Shown here one piece after another: positions 49,889-60,466 of a DNA stretch of 64,000 bases (position 1 is its first letter; each line of letters opens with the position of its first letter). The translations under genes and the position numbers were made by a program. Origin of the DNA: a candidate division WOR-3 bacterium (lineage in GTDB: Bacteria; Hydrothermota; Tepidihabitantia; Tepidihabitantales; Tepidihabitantaceae); contig CBFGIT010000001.1 in NCBI GenBank assembly GCA_965648905.1, forward strand, positions 149,107-213,106. The letters are read 5' to 3'. The notes under the pieces were generated by a model. It had not been told where the DNA came from and made no database searches. It saw nothing but the letters and a program-made list of their open reading frames with translations.

Positions 49889-51370
49889 ATGGCAATGTTC
49901 TTGGCGAAAATCGGCCTGGTCGCGCTCGCCGTCCAGTCGGTGCTCGCCGGGCCTGTGGTCGAGACCCTGCCCGACCCGGTTCGGCATCAGGTCTCGTTCG
50001 AGGCGCTGGCCAACAGCCGGTACTCAACCCACTCCGGCTTCACCGATTCCTTAAGCCGGTCGGTACTCTCGAGCGTGCTCTGGGCAATGAACCTTGTGCC
50101 CCGGCTCGGCGCGTACCGTGACTTCTACGTGGCAACCTCCGAGAACGTCTACCGGTTCAATCCGTCGGCAAACACGCTGGTCCCGCACCTTGCCGGCGAC
50201 CGACGCTACAACTCGGGCTCGGCGTTCGAGGTCGGGATTGCGGTCGAACATCACGAAGAAGCCGGCATGCTGGTCCAGGCCGGGCTGCTCGCCGGCACCG
50301 CGTTTCAGGACCAGCCTGACCAACCGGTTGCCTCCTGCCCGATGAAATGGGCGACCGACCATGCCAATGAGCAGTGGAAACCGACCCGGCCCCTGAAGAT
50401 GGTGACGGTCTTTGGCCGCACCGAGCCGTCACCGATCGATACAAGCTGCTGCGCGGTTTCGTCCGACTCGACCCTGCCCGCGCCCTGCGTCCTGGGTCTC
50501 GATACCTTTGCGAGTGTGCTCGAAGGACTCGGCCAGGACTCGACGTTCGGCCCGGTCGAACTGTCACTGGAAACCATTTCGCAACTGCTCTGGGCTGCCT
50601 ACGGCGTGACCCCGCACCTGACCTACAACGGTCGCCAGGGAACCACGATTCCGACCGCGGTCGCAGCCTATCACCTCACCGGCCGTATCTACCTTGTCCA
50701 CGGCGCGGGCCTTGACCGTTATCACAACCGTCGGCCGCCCGGCACTGATTTGAGAACCGCGGACCATCGCCTGGCCCGCATCTTCTCAGGCGACCTGCGG
50801 CCCGGGCTCCGCCAGGCCCTTCCTCGACTACCGTCCTCTGCGCCGACATACTTCGTCGTCTGCGCGGCCGACACCTCGGCCTACGGCCCGCTTCAAGAAG
50901 CGGGCTGCGCCGGTATCCAGTTGCTCCTGCAGGCCCGCGCGCTCGGCCTGGCCGGATTCCTGACCGTACCTCTCAACCGGTCTGAGCGGAGCGCGGTGGT
51001 GACTGCCCTGGGCCTGCCCGCGAGTCACTTCCCGATCCTCATCTTCTCGTGCGGCGAGCAGGCTCCAACCGGCATCGAGGAAGCTGACCGGCCCGGGCTG
51101 GTCCGGATTGTCCGGGCCGGGCCCGCGGTCCGGCGTGGCCGCATGCGGATGGAGTACTGGCTCGGTCAGTCGGGCGATGTGCGCGTCGAGGTCTTCGACA
51201 TGCTCGGCCGGCCGGTTCGGGTGCTGCTTGAGGAACCGCAGTCGGTCGGTTATCACTCGGTGACCTGGGACGGCACCGGTGCGCGCGGCGAGCGGCTCAA
51301 GCGCGGGACCTATCTTGTCGTCGTCTTCTCGCGCGGGGCCATGGCCAAGCACAAGGTCACACTCGGCTGA
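49889..51370 (+). CDS. Exported nitroreductase-like (SagB/ThcOx-like) protein with C-terminal FlgD-Ig domain
   Basis: Signal peptide; LP.P..S.E.L and 'LS..LS.LLWA' motifs twice; EAG..IQLL.LQA.ALGL; CTD VFDMLGR.VR.L..WDG..G..GTY. Confidence 0.65.
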   Translation: MAMFLAKIGLVALAVQSVLAGPVVETLPDPVRHQVSFEALANSRYSTHSGFTDSLSRSVLSSVLWAMNLVPRLGAYRDFYVATSENVYRFNPSANTLVPHLAGDRRYNSGSAFEVGIAVEHHEEAGMLVQAGLLAGTAFQDQPDQPVASCPMKWATDHANEQWKPTRPLKMVTVFGRTEPSPIDTSCCAVSSDSTLPAPCVLGLDTFASVLEGLGQDSTFGPVELSLETISQLLWAAYGVTPHLTYNGRQGTTIPTAVAAYHLTGRIYLVHGAGLDRYHNRRPPGTDLRTADHRLARIFSGDLRPGLRQALPRLPSSAPTYFVVCAADTSAYGPLQEAGCAGIQLLLQARALGLAGFLTVPLNRSERSAVVTALGLPASHFPILIFSCGEQAPTGIEEADRPGLVRIVRAGPAVRRGRMRMEYWLGQSGDVRVEVFDMLGRPVRVLLEEPQSVGYHSVTWDGTGARGERLKRGTYLVVVFSRGAMAKHKVTLG

Positions 51371-51475
51371 CCGACGCCCGGGTTGCCGGCCGGCGTCTAT
51401 CTTGACGGTCGGCTTTCCTTGCTGTAACGTGGACTCGGTACCGACCATGAACGCCACGTCTTTTCACCGAGGCTG

Positions 51476-53095
51476 GTGATGGAACCAAAGCTGGGAGTCG
51501 CTGTCTGCGCCCGGCTCGGCCCGGCAGCTTCGGCCGTGATTGCTGCTGCCCAGGGCGATGATGTCCACCTGGTCATGTTCCCGGCCGACTGCACGGTTCC
51601 GCTGAACAACTGGCAGGACCTGGCCCGAAGCCTTGCCCCGCTCGGCGAGGAATTTCAGCATATCAGAATACTGGGTGGCCGGTGTCTGGCCGGACTCCAG
51701 TTGCCGAGCGACGGGTTCGAACGATGCCAGGTTCTCGACCTGGGGCCCTGCCCGGAACCGGTGGCCGGGCATGATTCGGTCCAGGCCGCCACGGTGCTCT
51801 TGCGGCTTATCTATGACTGGCGCCTGGAGAGCCAGCGGGCGAAGCTGAATTCGATTCTGGCCAGCGCGTATCGCCGTCTGACCGACCATACGATGGTCCA
51901 GGAGTTGATTGGAGGGCTGGCCGAGACCCTGGCCGAGGACAAGGTTGTTGAGAAGATTTTCGAGCTATTCACCGTGCTGCTTGCGCCGGACGGGCTGGCG
52001 TTTGTTTCGATGGACGAAGGTCGCGTGGTCCGGGTCTGGACCAGGCCACCCGGTCTGGGAAGTGACCCGGAGCTGGAGAAACGGCTGGGTTCATTTCGGC
52101 GGGCGTATGCCTGGACCCCGGATGGTAACGGTTTCACCATCAGCGTGCGCCACCGGAGCAAGACGCTGGGTGTGCTCGAAGTCAACGGGATTTCCCAGAG
52201 CGAGTACAAGGAGCATTATCTGGACCTGGCTTTGACGATCGCCCGGGTCTGCGGCATGACCATCTCGAATGCCCGGCTCTACCGCGAGCTCAAAGGGCCG
52301 AACCGGCTGCTGGCTGAGTTCGCCGAGGACCTGCAGGACGCTCTGGCCGCGCGGAAGCGGGCCGAGGAAAGGCAGGCCGAGCTCCTAAAGCAGGTGGAGA
52401 GCGCGAACAAGGAGCTGGCTGAGTTCGCCTATATCGTGTCGCATGACCTGAAGGCGCCGCTGCGTGCCATTGACAGCCTGGTAAGATGGCTGGGTCAGGA
52501 TTACGCCGACAAGTTCGACGAGGATGGCCGCGAGCAGTTGGAGCTGCTGCTCGGCCGGGTGAAACGGATGCACTCTCTGATTGACGGCATCCTTCAGTAT
52601 TCGCGGGTCGGTCGGGTTCGGGAGCAGCCGGTGGAGATTGACCTTGGTCGAACCGTGCCGGAAATCATCGACATGCTCGCTCCGCCCGAGCACATCAAGG
52701 TCAAGGTTGAAGGTGAGCTGCCGGTTATCACCGGCGAGAAGACGCGCGTCGAGCAGTTGTTCCAGAATCTCCTGAGCAATGCCATCAAGTACATGGACAA
52801 GCCTGAGGGGCTGATTCGGGTTGGATGTGTTGATGACGGCGAAATGTGGCGGTTCTATGTTGCCGACAACGGCCCGGGCATCGAGGAGAAGGATTTCGAA
52901 CGCATCTTTCTTGTATTCCAGACCGGCAAGCCGAGGGACAAGGTTGATTCGACCGGGATTGGACTGACCGTGGTGAAGAAGGTAGTGGAACTCTACGGCG
53001 GCCGGGTCTGGGTTGAGTCCGAGCTGGGGAAAGGAAGTACGTTCCTTTTCACGTTTCCGAAGCGGCCGGGCGGTGATAAGGCGCCGGCCGGATGA
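51476..53095 (+). CDS. GAF-domain sensor histidine kinase
   Basis: GAF-like region; FAYIVSHDLKAPL, NLLSNAIKY, DNGPGI, TGIGL. Confidence 0.9.
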   Translation: MMEPKLGVAVCARLGPAASAVIAAAQGDDVHLVMFPADCTVPLNNWQDLARSLAPLGEEFQHIRILGGRCLAGLQLPSDGFERCQVLDLGPCPEPVAGHDSVQAATVLLRLIYDWRLESQRAKLNSILASAYRRLTDHTMVQELIGGLAETLAEDKVVEKIFELFTVLLAPDGLAFVSMDEGRVVRVWTRPPGLGSDPELEKRLGSFRRAYAWTPDGNGFTISVRHRSKTLGVLEVNGISQSEYKEHYLDLALTIARVCGMTISNARLYRELKGPNRLLAEFAEDLQDALAARKRAEERQAELLKQVESANKELAEFAYIVSHDLKAPLRAIDSLVRWLGQDYADKFDEDGREQLELLLGRVKRMHSLIDGILQYSRVGRVREQPVEIDLGRTVPEIIDMLAPPEHIKVKVEGELPVITGEKTRVEQLFQNLLSNAIKYMDKPEGLIRVGCVDDGEMWRFYVADNGPGIEEKDFERIFLVFQTGKPRDKVDSTGIGLTVVKKVVELYGGRVWVESELGKGSTFLFTFPKRPGGDKAPAG

Positions 53096-54921
53096 CCGTC
53101 GTTACCCTGGTTCACCTGCTGGCACTGGTCGCGTACCTGGCGCTGCTCGTGCGCGTTGTTGCCCGGACCGAGCGAACCGCCCTGCACTGGTCGTGTGCCC
53201 TGGTCCTGCTGTCGTTTGCGGTCTGGTGCGTCGAAGGTGTGGTGCGCGGCATGACGCAGGTTCCTTTGTCGGTGATGCAGGTAGTCGTGAACTTCTGCGC
53301 GGTCGGGTGGGGCGGTTTTGCCAGCGCCAATCTGCTGTTTACGCTCCTGCTCACCGGTCGGGTCCGGACGCGCGCCAACGGCCTTCAACCGTCAACCTGG
53401 TGGCTGCTGGTTCTGCTTGGTATCTTCCCAGCCCTGACCGTGGCGGCCCAGTTCTCCGGCCAGCTAAACGTCAACCTGACCCTGACCGAGTACGGCTGGA
53501 TAACCCGCTGGGCCGATTCGGGCTGGACGTGGTTCTTCTTCGCCTACTATTCGTCCTTCACGGTTGCGTCGCTAGTGCTTGTGGCACGGTTCCGCCGCAC
53601 CGCGCGTTTCTTTCGCCAGCGTCGGCAGGCTGACCTGATTCTTGGGACCGGGACGGCAACGCTCCTGCTCGGCACGGCCGTCGACGTCGTGTTGCCCCAT
53701 GTCCCGAACCTGGCGTTGCCCAGTCTTGCCGCGGTGATTGGGTTGATCTGGGCGAGCGGGCTGTACTACGCGGTCACGCGCTATCGACTGATGTCGGTGA
53801 CGCCCCAGGCCGCGGCCCGCGACATCCTGGCGACGATGAACGACGGCCTGCTGCTCTTGACACCAGAGGGCAGTGTTGCCGCGGCCAACACCGGGGCCAG
53901 CAACATGCTGGGCCTGTCGCCGCGCGAGCTGCGCGGACGCCGGGCCGAGAGGTTCTTTGCCGAGCCGGGCCGGTTCCGCGCCGCGCTCGACCGGTTGCCG
54001 GAGGGCGCGGTGTCGGGCCTTGAACTCGACCTTGTCGGTACCGGGCAGCAGAAAGTCCCGGTGAGCCTTTCCGGTCGGTTGATGAAGGACCCGGGCGGCG
54101 AGCCGGTGGGCAGCGTCTGGGTCATGCACGACATCACGCCGTTGCGCCTTGCCGCCGAGCACCAGGCCCGGCTGCTCGAACAGGTTGCGGCGGCAAATCA
54201 GGAGCTGGCCGAGTTCGCCTACATCGTATCGCACGACCTGAAGGCGCCGCTGCGCGGGATCGACAGCCTGGTCCGGTGGCTGTGCGCCGACTACGGAAGC
54301 CGGCTCGACGCCGCGGCCCAGGAACATCTTAGCCTGCTGCTCAGCCGGGTGAAACGGATGCACGCCTTGATTGACGGTATCCTGCAGTATTCACGGGTCG
54401 GCCGGGTTCGGGAGCAGGCGGTTGCAATCGACCTGGCCCGGACCGTGCCCGAAATCATCGACCTGCTCGCTCCGCCCGGGCACATCAAGGTTGTCGTCGA
54501 GAATCGACTGCCGGTGGTCTACGGCGAGAAGACGCGCGTCGAGCAGTTGTTTCAGAACCTCCTAAGCAACGCCATCAAGTACATGGATAAGCCTGAAGGA
54601 CTGGTGCGGGTCGGCTGTCTTACTGACGGCGGGATGTGGAAGTTCTATGTTGCCGACAACGGCCCGGGCATTAGAGAAGAGGACGGTGAGCGTATCTTCA
54701 CCCTGTTTTCGACCGGCGGCCCGGACCAGAACCACGATTCGACCGGCATCGGGCTCGCGGTCGTGAAGAAGGTGGTCGAGTTGTACGGCGGCCGGGTCTG
54801 GGTCGAGTCTGTGGTCGGCGCCGGGAGCACGTTTTTCTTCACGCTCCCGCAGTCGCGGTCGGAAACCGCTTCCGCGGCGGGCGGGCAGGAAGCAACGAAA
54901 GGAGTGATTAGTCATGGCTGA
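53092..54921 (+). CDS. 7TM (HisKA_7TM-like) + PAS sensor histidine kinase
   Basis: Seven TM segments, PAS ending HDIT, SHDLKAPL, HATPase motifs. Confidence 0.9.
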   Translation: MTVVTLVHLLALVAYLALLVRVVARTERTALHWSCALVLLSFAVWCVEGVVRGMTQVPLSVMQVVVNFCAVGWGGFASANLLFTLLLTGRVRTRANGLQPSTWWLLVLLGIFPALTVAAQFSGQLNVNLTLTEYGWITRWADSGWTWFFFAYYSSFTVASLVLVARFRRTARFFRQRRQADLILGTGTATLLLGTAVDVVLPHVPNLALPSLAAVIGLIWASGLYYAVTRYRLMSVTPQAAARDILATMNDGLLLLTPEGSVAAANTGASNMLGLSPRELRGRRAERFFAEPGRFRAALDRLPEGAVSGLELDLVGTGQQKVPVSLSGRLMKDPGGEPVGSVWVMHDITPLRLAAEHQARLLEQVAAANQELAEFAYIVSHDLKAPLRGIDSLVRWLCADYGSRLDAAAQEHLSLLLSRVKRMHALIDGILQYSRVGRVREQAVAIDLARTVPEIIDLLAPPGHIKVVVENRLPVVYGEKTRVEQLFQNLLSNAIKYMDKPEGLVRVGCLTDGGMWKFYVADNGPGIREEDGERIFTLFSTGGPDQNHDSTGIGLAVVKKVVELYGGRVWVESVVGAGSTFFFTLPQSRSETASAAGGQEATKGVISHG

Positions 54922-56356
54922 TACACGGTATCGGGTGCTGCACATCGAGGATGACCGGATTGACCAACTGGCATTGAAGCGGTTCGTCAAGGACCGGCAA
55001 CTGCCCTATGACCTGGTTGTGGCCGGTTCTGCGGCCGAGGCCCGGGAGAAGCTCACCAGTACCAGGTTCGATGCCGTCGTCACCGACTATTCACTGGGCG
55101 ACGGCACCGCGTTCGACCTGATTGACCTGTTCCACGGCACGCCGGTCGTCTTCACCACCGGGCAGGGCGACGAGGTGGTGGCGGTGCGGGCGATGAAGAC
55201 CGGCGCGGCCGACTATCTCATCAAGGACCATGAACGCAACTACCTGAAGGTCCTGCCGGTCACGATTGAGAACGCGATTCGCCGCATGCGGGCCGAGGAA
55301 CAGGTTCGCAAGCTCCTGCGCGCGGTCGAGCAGAGCCCGGCCACGGTCGTCATCACCGACACCGAGGGCGTCATCGAGTACGTCAACCCGAAGTTCACCA
55401 GCCTGACCGGATTCTCGGCCGAAGAAGTCATCGGCCAGAACCCGCGCATCCTCAAGTCCGGGATGCAGGACAACGAGTTCTACCGCAATCTCTGGGACAC
55501 CATCAAGTCCGGCCAGGAGTGGCGCGGCGAGTTCCACAATCGGCGCCGCGACGGCACGCTCTTCTGGGAGGCCGCGTCGATTTCGCCGATTCGGGATTCA
55601 GACGGCGCCATCACCCATTTCGTCGCGGTCAAGGAAGACATCACCGAGCGCAAGCGGATTGAGGAAGAACGCGAACGGTTGATTCAGGAGCTCGATGCCT
55701 TTGCCCACACTGTGGCCCACGACCTGAAGAACCCGCTTGGTGCGGTGCTCGGTTTCGCCGACCTGCTGGTCAAGGACCGCAAGTCATTGAGCGAATCCGA
55801 ACTCGACGAAAGCCTTACCGCCATCTGCCAGGGCGCGCGCAAGATGCACAGCATCATCGAGGAACTGCTGCTCTTGGCCGGCGTGCGCAAGGCCGAGGTT
55901 CCGATGGCACCGGTCAACATGGCGGCCGTTGTCCAAGACGCGTGGAGCCGCCTCACCCTGCTGATTGACGAGCAGCATCCCGAACTGATTCTACCTAAGG
56001 ACTGGCCCACCGCGCTCGGCCACGGGCCGTGGCTTGAGGAAGTGTGGGCCAACTACTTAAGCAACGCCATCAAGTACGGCGGCCGGCCGCCCCGGCTCGA
56101 ACTGGGCGCAGAACGCACGGCGACAGGCCAGGTGCGCTTCTGGGTACAGGACAACGGCCCGGGCCTGACTCCGGAGCAAAGAGACAAGCTCTTCACCCCG
56201 TTTACCCGGCTTCACCAGGTCCGTGCTACTGGCCAGGGACTGGGGCTCTCGATTGTCCGACGCATCATGGAAAAGCTCTCGGGCATGGCCTGGGTCGAAA
56301 GCGAACCGGGCAAAGGCAGCCGCTTCGGCTTCACCCTCACCGCGGCTGGTGACTAG
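54914..56356 (+). CDS. Hybrid REC-PAS-histidine kinase
   Basis: VLHIEDD, VTDY, GAADYLIK; PAS (EQSP..VITD..YVNP..KEDITE); AHDLKNPL; HATPase. Confidence 0.9.
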   Translation: MADTRYRVLHIEDDRIDQLALKRFVKDRQLPYDLVVAGSAAEAREKLTSTRFDAVVTDYSLGDGTAFDLIDLFHGTPVVFTTGQGDEVVAVRAMKTGAADYLIKDHERNYLKVLPVTIENAIRRMRAEEQVRKLLRAVEQSPATVVITDTEGVIEYVNPKFTSLTGFSAEEVIGQNPRILKSGMQDNEFYRNLWDTIKSGQEWRGEFHNRRRDGTLFWEAASISPIRDSDGAITHFVAVKEDITERKRIEEERERLIQELDAFAHTVAHDLKNPLGAVLGFADLLVKDRKSLSESELDESLTAICQGARKMHSIIEELLLLAGVRKAEVPMAPVNMAAVVQDAWSRLTLLIDEQHPELILPKDWPTALGHGPWLEEVWANYLSNAIKYGGRPPRLELGAERTATGQVRFWVQDNGPGLTPEQRDKLFTPFTRLHQVRATGQGLGLSIVRRIMEKLSGMAWVESEPGKGSRFGFTLTAAGD

Positions 56357-56373
56357 TCGCTGGTCGCCGTTCT

Positions 56374-58359
56374 CTACCGGACGATAACAACCCTGCGGCT
56401 CAAGCCCTCGCTGCAGACGAAGTAAGTACCCGGCGCGAGTGCGCCCACCTCGTTCGGGCCGGAGCGCAGCGCCATCACCCTCCGACCGGTCACATCGTAC
56501 AGTCCGGCTTCCAATTGTGAGCCGTCAGCCGCAGGCGGCAAGCCGACTTTCAGCACCCGGCCGACAACCGTGGCCCAAGGTGCGGTCGCAAGAACCTCAG
56601 GCCCGAGCTCCTCGGCAATACCGGTGCGCACGACATACGCGCTGTCCAGAATCCAGTTGTCCGGGTCAACTGTCAGACTGGACGGTGCCTCGGCGACGAC
56701 AAAGGTATCAACCTGGGGATTGGCCTGCGGGCGAATGACCACAAACGAACTGTCGAGCGGACAGTTAACCCTGACCGGCAGCGGCGTGCGGAAAAAGTCC
56801 GGCGCACCAGTGCCGTTGGCCTGGCTCAGGTTCGTGACGACCATGAAGCTGTCACCCGCAGGCTCGCTCCACCAGTTGAGACGGTACTTGGGATACCCGG
56901 CCTGGTAAATCCACTCGTCGAAGAACCAGGAAAGCTCCTGACCCGAGACCTGTTCGTTGATGCGGCAGTAGTCGTCGGTCGAAGCCGTGCCGTAGCGGAA
57001 GCTGTCACCATAGGCACGCAGGGCCGCGAAGAAAACACCCGGGCTTTCCCAGGCGGTGTCGCCCAGCACCCATCTGAGCATGTGCTCGACCCAGGCACCC
57101 TTGCAGTAGATGGTGCCGTAGTTGTAGATTTCCGCCTCAGGCGGGTTATAGACCGGGAATCGTCTTGACCGGTCCTGAAGTATGGCCGCGTACGCCTTGC
57201 TGGCAATGTACTGCCGGAAATAGGCCCGGCCGTTGGCATGGCCTGCGTACAGGCATTCGAGGTAGGTGGCAAACCCCTCGTTGAGCCAGATGTTCGCAAA
57301 GTCAACGCAGGTGACCATGTCGCCGTACCACATGTGTGACATCTCGTGCGCCATGCCGATGTCGTCCCCGCTCCGCAGCCACTGGGTGTGAATCATCGTC
57401 AGGGTCTGGTTCTCCATCGCACCCCAGGGAAAACCGTAGTAACCCGGAACCTGGCCGTACTTCTCGAACGGATATCGACCCAGCATGTTCGTATCCGAGT
57501 AGAACGCGAATATGGTCGGCAGCCGGCCAAAGGTTATGCGCGACACCGCCGAATCCTGGGGCCACATGAAGTAGAGCGAAGGCACGGTATCACCGTTCGG
57601 CTGGATGAAGTCGTGCTGCCAGGTGGCAAAACGCGAGGCGACGAAGTTGATAAGATAAGTAGCAATGCTGTAAGGATGCCGCCACCAGTAGGTCCTGGTC
57701 CCGTTTCCCGGGTTGACCGTGACCGAGTCACACAACCCGTTGGCACAGGTCTGGAACGTATCAGGCACGGTCAGGTTCAGCTCAACCCCGCGCTCGGCCT
57801 TGTCCAGCGGCTCGTCGTAGCACGGCATCCAGTACCGGCAGTCGCGCGGCGGGGTGCAGGTCATACCGTAGGCATAAGTGACCGACGGCCGGGTCGCGAA
57901 ATAGTAGCCGAGCTCGGGCGCGGAGCTGAGGCGGCGGAACCAGATGTCGACGACCGTCGAGTCGCCCTGCGGCAGCGGTGTGTCGAGCGTGATGGTAAGC
58001 AGACCGGTCGGCGTCGAGAACTGAAGCGGCACACCCGCCCGTTTGACCGAGTCGCAGACCAGGTTGCAGAAGTGGAGCCAAAAGCTGTCGAGTGACGGAA
58101 CGTCGCTGCGCATCGTCAGCGCCTCGTGCGCTGAATAGCCGCGGTCGAGCATCGGCAGGTCGATGTCGAGCCGGTAGTGACGGACATTGTAGGAGTGAAG
58201 CGACTCGACATCGGTCGCGCCGACATAGCGGGCCCGGCACGCAGCACTCATCGGTCGGTCGCCGGACCACGGTCGTTCACCCAGTATCTCCTCAATCGTG
58301 GGCACGGCCCCAAAGCCCAGGCCGGCGACAACCAGCAGCATAACAAGCTGTTTCACCAC
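56374..58359 (-). CDS. Secreted M1 aminopeptidase with C-terminal sorting-like domain
   Basis: GAMEN, HEMSH..W.G, WLNEGFATY, Y.KGA; CTD LYDVTGRRV..PGTYFV. Confidence 0.92.
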   Translation of the reverse strand: MVKQLVMLLVVAGLGFGAVPTIEEILGERPWSGDRPMSAACRARYVGATDVESLHSYNVRHYRLDIDLPMLDRGYSAHEALTMRSDVPSLDSFWLHFCNLVCDSVKRAGVPLQFSTPTGLLTITLDTPLPQGDSTVVDIWFRRLSSAPELGYYFATRPSVTYAYGMTCTPPRDCRYWMPCYDEPLDKAERGVELNLTVPDTFQTCANGLCDSVTVNPGNGTRTYWWRHPYSIATYLINFVASRFATWQHDFIQPNGDTVPSLYFMWPQDSAVSRITFGRLPTIFAFYSDTNMLGRYPFEKYGQVPGYYGFPWGAMENQTLTMIHTQWLRSGDDIGMAHEMSHMWYGDMVTCVDFANIWLNEGFATYLECLYAGHANGRAYFRQYIASKAYAAILQDRSRRFPVYNPPEAEIYNYGTIYCKGAWVEHMLRWVLGDTAWESPGVFFAALRAYGDSFRYGTASTDDYCRINEQVSGQELSWFFDEWIYQAGYPKYRLNWWSEPAGDSFMVVTNLSQANGTGAPDFFRTPLPVRVNCPLDSSFVVIRPQANPQVDTFVVAEAPSSLTVDPDNWILDSAYVVRTGIAEELGPEVLATAPWATVVGRVLKVGLPPAADGSQLEAGLYDVTGRRVMALRSGPNEVGALAPGTYFVCSEGLSRRVVIVR

Positions 58360-59352
58360 TTACTCCTTTGCCAGCAACTCGGCAATCTGCACCGCGTTCG
58401 TAGCCGCGCCCTTGCGCAGGTTGTCGGTAACTATCCACATGCTCAGTTCCTCCGGGTCTGCGCCCGGCCGTACCCGGCAGACGAAGACCGAGTCATTGCC
58501 TCGGCAGGTCACGGGCGTTACATACCGATTCCGGTCATAGAGCACGACCCCGGCAGCGTCCTTGAGCACATGCAGCGCATCTTTGACCTTGACCGCCTGC
58601 GCGAACCGACACGTGACCGCCAGCGCATGTCCCACTGACACCGGCACACGCACACAGGTCGAGGTGACCTTCAAGTCCGGCAGGCCCAGAATCCGCGCCG
58701 ATTCCTTGATCGTCTTCTGCTCCTCGCCAGTGTGGCCATGACTGTCGAATTCGTCAATCTGCGGGATAACGTTGTCGGCCAGTTGCGCGGGCAGGGGGCT
58801 GTCGTGCGTATCCGGAGCGCGGCGCAGGGCAACAAACTCCGTCTCATACTGAAGCCGCTCGAGCGCGGCCCGGCCCGCACCTGAGGCCGACTGATATGAA
58901 GCGAGCCACACCCGCTCAAGCCCGAACCGCTGGTGCAGCGGGTTGACCGCAACGACCAGCGGAATCGTTGTGCAGTTCGGATTGGCGATGATGTTCCGGT
59001 GGCCGGCAAGCGCCTGCGGGTTCACTTCCGGCACAACCAGGGGCACGTGCTCCTTCAGCCGGAACTCGCTCGACTTGTCAATCACCGGACAGTACTTCGC
59101 CACCTCGGGCACAAGTCGGCGGGCCAGCCCGGCCTCAAGACAGAAAAAAGCGACGTCCAGTCCTTTGAAGCCGTCGGGCCTGACCTCTTGAACCGTGTAC
59201 TCCTGGTCCCGGAACCGGAGTCTGGCCCCGGCACTTGCGGCCGAAGCGAAAAGACGCAGGTCTTCAATCTGGTGCGGACCGGACTCAAGCACGCGCAGCA
59301 GGGTTTCGCCCACGAGTCCGGTCGCACCGGCAATACCGATTCTTTTCTTCAT
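58360..59352 (-). CDS. asd: Aspartate-semialdehyde dehydrogenase
   Basis: GATGLVG, IIANPNCTT, SYQSASGAG, CVRVPV..GH, DNLRKGAATNAVQIAE. Confidence 0.96.
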   Translation of the reverse strand: MKKRIGIAGATGLVGETLLRVLESGPHQIEDLRLFASAASAGARLRFRDQEYTVQEVRPDGFKGLDVAFFCLEAGLARRLVPEVAKYCPVIDKSSEFRLKEHVPLVVPEVNPQALAGHRNIIANPNCTTIPLVVAVNPLHQRFGLERVWLASYQSASGAGRAALERLQYETEFVALRRAPDTHDSPLPAQLADNVIPQIDEFDSHGHTGEEQKTIKESARILGLPDLKVTSTCVRVPVSVGHALAVTCRFAQAVKVKDALHVLKDAAGVVLYDRNRYVTPVTCRGNDSVFVCRVRPGADPEELSMWIVTDNLRKGAATNAVQIAELLAKE

Positions 59353-59397
59353 ACCAGACCAGATTCTACTGCAGTGGAGACGCAGGACAAGACCAGG

Positions 59398-60372
59398 TCA
59401 ATCCGAATACCCGTGCGGGTGTGCTTGATGCCATTCCCAGGCATCACCAATCATCTGCTCAAGACCCCTTTCCGGCTGCCAGCCCAGCTCCTGCCTGATG
59501 CGCTCGGAAGCGGCAACCAGCTCAGCCGGGTCTCCGGCACGGCGGCCAACTACCTTGACCGGGATGCTCCGGCCCGTGACCTTCTCGGCCGTAGCAAAGA
59601 CTTCCTTGTTCGTATAGCCCTGCTGGCTGCCTAGGTTGTACACGACCGAGCGGTCACAAAGCGCTTCCATTGCCGATAGATGCGCCCGGGCCAGGTCATA
59701 GACATGGATATAGTCCCGCACACAGGTGCCGTCGCGTGTCGGGTAATCGTCACCGTATATCTGAAACCTCCGGCCCGGCTCTAGTGCGGCTTTGAGTATC
59801 AGCGGTATCAGGTGGGTCTCAGGCCGGTGGTCCTCGCCCAGCCCCTGAAATGCTCCGGCGACGTTGAAGTACCGCAGGGCAGCATAGCGCAGCCCACAGG
59901 CCCGTTCGTATGAGACGAGCAGCTCCTCAAAAACCCGTTTGGTGTCGCCGTACGGGCTGGTCGGGACCAGCGGCGCATCCTCGGTCACCGGCACTCGTTC
60001 GGGCGAGCCGTAGACCGCGGCGCTGGAAGAGAAAACGAACCGACGCACTTCGTGTCTCCAGACCGCGTTGAGCAGCACCAGCCCGCGACCGACGTTGTTG
60101 TCAAAGTAGAGTGCCGGCTTCTCAACCGACTCCGGCACACGAATCAGGCCGGCAAAGTGCATCACGCAGTCAAACCGTACCTCCGCAAACAACCGTTCAA
60201 GCAGAGCCTCATCGCCGATGTCGCCGACCACCAGCCGGGCCGAGTTGACCACTGCGGCCCGATGGCCATAAGACAGGTTGTCAAGCACGGTCACCTCGTG
60301 TCCGGCCCGAACCAGAAGCTGCGTTGTTACACTGCCGACATAGCCGGCTCCGCCGGTCACTAGTACTTTCAT
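59398..60372 (-). CDS. galE: UDP-glucose 4-epimerase
   Basis: VTGGAGYVGS, SSSAAVYG, PYG.TK, LRYFNVAG, DGTCVRDYIHV.DLA. Confidence 0.95.
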   Translation of the reverse strand: MKVLVTGGAGYVGSVTTQLLVRAGHEVTVLDNLSYGHRAAVVNSARLVVGDIGDEALLERLFAEVRFDCVMHFAGLIRVPESVEKPALYFDNNVGRGLVLLNAVWRHEVRRFVFSSSAAVYGSPERVPVTEDAPLVPTSPYGDTKRVFEELLVSYERACGLRYAALRYFNVAGAFQGLGEDHRPETHLIPLILKAALEPGRRFQIYGDDYPTRDGTCVRDYIHVYDLARAHLSAMEALCDRSVVYNLGSQQGYTNKEVFATAEKVTGRSIPVKVVGRRAGDPAELVAASERIRQELGWQPERGLEQMIGDAWEWHQAHPHGYSD

Positions 60373-60466
60373 TTCGAGACTATAGCATGTGCCGGGCGGA
60401 CTGGCAAGTCATCCGGCCAGCTCAGGCTTGAACCATGCCCGGTACTATGCTATGCTCAGGCCGGCC

